64,000 nt of DNA, taken from NCBI RefSeq assembly GCF_048593235.1, contig NC_133620.1, forward strand, positions 23,313,123-23,377,122. Reading direction: 5' to 3'. The notes below the pieces were generated by a model that worked only from the letters and a program-made list of their open reading frames with translations, was not told the DNA's origin and ran no database searches. The position numbers were made by a program, and so were the translations under genes. Shown piece after piece: positions 63,951 through 64,000 of the stretch (positions are counted from its first letter, which is position 1; each line of letters opens with the position of its first letter). The stretch comes from Sminthopsis crassicaudata. Lineage: Eukaryota.

Positions 63951-64000
63951 AATAATAACAAAATTAATAACAAAAACAATAGGTTTGTAAAGTGCTTTGC

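Overview
A 64-kb window of a marsupial genome. WSINE1- and MAR1-type SINEs, marsupial L1/RTE relics and an OC1-like hAT MITE suggest an Australian dasyurid such as Sarcophilus (inference). It has four small N gaps. Two protein-coding genes lie on the minus strand. SHISAL2A (FAM159A) is complete, with 3 coding exons (17108-16927, 6923-6784, 4107-3920; 169 aa). GPX7 is represented by exons 2 and 3 only (49338-49077, 48146-47983; Cys active site, C-terminal KEEL). I could not find GPX7 coding exon 1 in the 14.6 kb of gap-free sequence upstream of exon 2. That interval holds a 2.65-kb AT-rich tandem array with higher-order structure and a housekeeping-type CpG island promoter (about 55750-57310), possibly TUT4/ZCCHC11 by human synteny. 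Other notable items: two sense-oriented solo LTRs with target-site duplications inside SHISAL2A introns, one with TATA and AATAAA and followed by an ATG in frame with exon 3; a 12-copy CCAAT/AATAAA degenerate array behind the GPX7 stop; a near-consensus CTCF site; and a 21-bp VNTR upstream of the SHISAL2A ATG. The rest is mostly MIR/L2/L3/L1/RTE debris. I saw no tRNA, rRNA or CRISPR features. Repeat family names and human protein comparisons are from memory, not from searches.
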